Source of the DNA: Azolla caroliniana
Lineage: Eukaryota; Plantae; Polypodiophyta
Assembly (NCBI GenBank): GCA_043228905.1
Contig: JBHGNT010000014.1
Location: 5,952,001 to 6,016,000, forward strand
Length of the DNA stretch: 64,000 nt
Direction of reading: 5' to 3'
The notes under the pieces were generated by a model. That model did no database searches and was not told the DNA's origin. It saw only the letters and a program-made list of their open reading frames with translations. The translations under genes and the position numbers were made by a program. This document shows positions 62,001 through 64,000 of this stretch, piece by piece (within the stretch, counting starts at the first letter, position 1; every line of letters begins with the position of its first letter).

Positions 62001-64000
62001 CGTCTTCGGCACAGTAAACTCGAGCCGGATTCCCTTCGAGCGATAGTACTCCTGGAACTGCCCCCTGTATTCCCCTCCGTTATCCGCTCGTATCGCTTTC
62101 AGCTTCTTGCCGGATTCCCTTTCCACTCTCGCGTGGAGTTCTTTGAAGACGCACAACACTTGGTCCTTTGTCTTCAACGGTGTCGTCCACAGCTTCCGGC
62201 TGTGATCATCAATGAATGTTACGAAGTACTGGGCTCCGCCATGTGACTTCGTTTCTACCTGACACACATCAGTATGCACCAACTCCAAGGGTGCGCTACG
62301 TCTCGTCGGTGGCCTTGAGTGGAAGGAGGTTCGGTTCTGCTTACCGGCCAGGCAATCGGTGCACTTCTCCAGGTGCACATGCTTCACTGGAATAAGGTTG
62401 TCTTCTGCAAGCCTCTTCATCCCCTTCTCACTCATGTGGCACAGTCTCTTGTGCCACAGCTCACCGGCAGTGTCGGCTGCCACGTTCAACTCTTCCGGAC
62501 ACAACCAGGCATTCATAAGGTACAGTGTGTTGACTTTCCGGGCCCGAGCCACTATCAGGCTCCCCTTGCTGAACTTCATTACGCCATTCTGGATGCTACC
62601 TGTGTAGCCTTCATCGTCTAGCCTCCCGGCCGAAATCAGGTTCAAACGAACCTCCGGAACGTGTCGGACATCCTTCAGCAGCATTTTGCATCCGGTCGGG
62701 GTTGTCAACCACACGTCTCCTATGCCGGCAATTCGGCACGTACCTTCATTTCCCATCCGAACACAGCCATGCTCACCGGCTGTGTAGGATGAGAAGTATC
62801 TTCTCTCCGGGGTCAGGTGGAACGATGCTCCAGAATCGACCACCCAAGTCGTCTCATCGCCGGCAATGTTTAATTCACCTTCTTCGGTGATGAGCATGAT
62901 CTCTTCCTCACTTGCCGCGAGTGTCGTCGTTCCTTTCCGGTCCTGCCCTCGCCGATCCGGACCTCTCTGGTCCGTGGCTCCCCGGTATGCACCGTTTCTC
63001 TCCGGTGACTTCTTCGAATCGGTGTCGTCGGCTCCGTTGTCCTTTCGGTAATGCCGACAATTCTTCCGGAAGTGCCCCGGCTTCCCACAGTGGAAGCATG
63101 TGGGTCTTCCTCTTGACTGCGACCGGGTCCCCGACTTCTCCCGTCTTTGCGGACTCCGGTTCCATTGTCTTCCCCGATCTGATTCGGTAAACAACATCTT
63201 CGGATCGGAGGCCGGTTCTTTATCTCTCCGACGCGCTTCTTCGTTCAAAATACTTGTCTTTACCGTTTGTAGGGACAAGTTATCTTCGGTGCAGGAGGTG
63301 CTGAGAGTCACCACCAAGTTCTCCCAGCTTTCCGGCAATGTACACATCAGAATGATGGCTTGCATTGCATCCTCCAGCGGGAACTTAATCGCCGCAAGCT
63401 GGTTCACGAATCCCATGAACGTGCTTACGTGTTCCACCATACTCTCGCCGTCCCGGTACTTGAGGTTCACTATCTTCCTCATCAGGGAGGTCCGGTTCAA
63501 CGCATTCTTCCTCTCGTAGAGGCCTGACAGCTTCCGCCACATCTCATATGCGTTGGTGTCGTTCGCCACATGTTGTAGAACGCTCACGTCGACGTATTGC
63601 CGAATGGTTGCAACGGCTTTTTGGTTCAGAAGCCTCCATTCCGACTCAAGTACCCCTTTCGGTATTTCCGACCTGTCAATCGGTTCGTACAGGTCCCGAA
63701 CAATCAGAAGATCCTCCATCTTGATCTTCCAGTCGGCGTAATTCTGCGCATTCAGCACCATCATCCCCGGCTGCCCGTTGCCGCCGCCTTCCATTTTCTG
63801 CAGCAGCCCGCTCTGATACCAAATTGATGGAAATAGTCGTCAACACTTTCCAAACTTCACCTCTCGGCCACAACCAAGGAAACACACGGATCGTTGTTGC
63901 AGAAAATGGGAAATGCAGAAGTAAATAGAGGGACACACAATTTAACGTGGAAAACCCTGTACGGGAAAAACCACGGGAGTACAAGACTCCGAACCAATAC
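59099..64000 (-). mobile_element. Young Ty1/copia element 'E' (same family as D); the 5' LTR runs off the window
   Basis: 3' LTR 59099-59710, PBS 63810-63821, 5' LTR from 63825. Confidence 0.96.
59721..63794 (-). CDS. Intact copia Gag-Pol polyprotein (1357 aa)
   Basis: Uninterrupted ORF containing a CCHC knuckle, protease (VVDSGAS), integrase (HTDVC...DNGGEY), RT (YVDD) and RNase H (FTDSD). Confidence 0.95.
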   Translation of the reverse strand: MEGGGNGQPGMMVLNAQNYADWKIKMEDLLIVRDLYEPIDRSEIPKGVLESEWRLLNQKAVATIRQYVDVSVLQHVANDTNAYEMWRKLSGLYERKNALNRTSLMRKIVNLKYRDGESMVEHVSTFMGFVNQLAAIKFPLEDAMQAIILMCTLPESWENLVVTLSTSCTEDNLSLQTVKTSILNEEARRRDKEPASDPKMLFTESDRGRQWNRSPQRREKSGTRSQSRGRPTCFHCGKPGHFRKNCRHYRKDNGADDTDSKKSPERNGAYRGATDQRGPDRRGQDRKGTTTLAASEEEIMLITEEGELNIAGDETTWVVDSGASFHLTPERRYFSSYTAGEHGCVRMGNEGTCRIAGIGDVWLTTPTGCKMLLKDVRHVPEVRLNLISAGRLDDEGYTGSIQNGVMKFSKGSLIVARARKVNTLYLMNAWLCPEELNVAADTAGELWHKRLCHMSEKGMKRLAEDNLIPVKHVHLEKCTDCLAGKQNRTSFHSRPPTRRSAPLELVHTDVCQVETKSHGGAQYFVTFIDDHSRKLWTTPLKTKDQVLCVFKELHARVERESGKKLKAIRADNGGEYRGQFQEYYRSKGIRLEFTVPKTPELNGLAERMNQTIMERVRSMLAHAELPKGFWAEAMSTATYVINRSPSVPLDGDTPQRVWTGREVSYRHLKVFGCLAYVHVAKVRRGKLDPKTRPCIFLGYGDDEFGYRVWDPVDKKIFRSRDIIFMEDKTLADWKSEKKMKSSKSTGEDQLYEEQSRPARDRLALEDPAEDGEETEPAEEDENDTGTGPDPEMDSDEEESEEPVTEAPERRYPLRERRPPRRFPEPEHVLLTDEGEPESFEEAKHDTQSRRWLSAMQDEMDSLHENHTYELVELPKGKRALRNKWVFKLKPGDAENPPRYKARIVVKGFQQKKGVDFDEIFAPVVKMTSIRTVLSIAASMDLEVEQMDVKTAFLHGDLEEEIYMQQPEGFEKKGKEHLVCRLKKSLYGLKQAPQQWYRKFDSFMTDEGYLKTQSDHYVFVKKFEGGDFLILLPYVDDMLIVGRDKVKIRMLKKALHRTFSMKELGPARQILGMHIIRDRKKKQLWLSQEKYVTKVLHRFNMSEARPVGSTLPANYKLSSKQSPKTKAEKEDMMKVPYASAVGSLMYAMVCTRPDIGYAVGVVSRYMSNPGKEHWNVAKWILRYLKGTANVCLRFGSGKPELDGFTDSDMSADADTSRSTSGYVMTYAGGAVSWQSRLQKTVALSTTEAEYMAAVEAGKEIIWMKDFIRELGIRQEEYRLYCDSQSAIHLAKNAAYHSRTKHIQRRYHWIRERIEDKEFVLTKVHTDENGSDMLTKVLTPDKLEACWKRIGLERHPMPK

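Noticed and set aside
59736-63827. Many antisense and alternate-frame ORFs shared by copia D and E
   Set aside because: They are shadow ORFs of GC-rich coding sequence, shared only because the copies are near-identical.

Overview
This window is a transposon-dense stretch of a eukaryotic genome, most likely a land plant (a fern or other seedless plant is plausible, by inference only). I see no convincing host gene. It holds nested Ty1/copia and Ty3/gypsy LTR retrotransposons, solo LTRs, an L1 ORF1 remnant, a nearly intact RTE-X-like LINE and a small hAT-type element. The strongest signal is a ~2.0-kb non-coding, pyrimidine-rich element (32596-34608). It is one unit long plus a 28-33 bp terminal direct repeat, carries a Penelope-type minimal type-I hammerhead ribozyme (34194-34247) just behind a TATA box, and is flanked by a ~1.2-kb duplication; it is a candidate non-autonomous Penelope-like or retrozyme-like element. 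Three other signals stand out: a 13.4-kb TIR transposon with a Sola2-like DDD transposase and a convergent coiled-coil/RING-H2 passenger gene (40718-54143); a LINE whose ORF2 lacks an AUG and sits in frame behind a single UAG; and an 86-bp-arm fold-back hairpin built from a gypsy LTR end (57840-58029). All family assignments come from motif recognition by eye, not from database searches.
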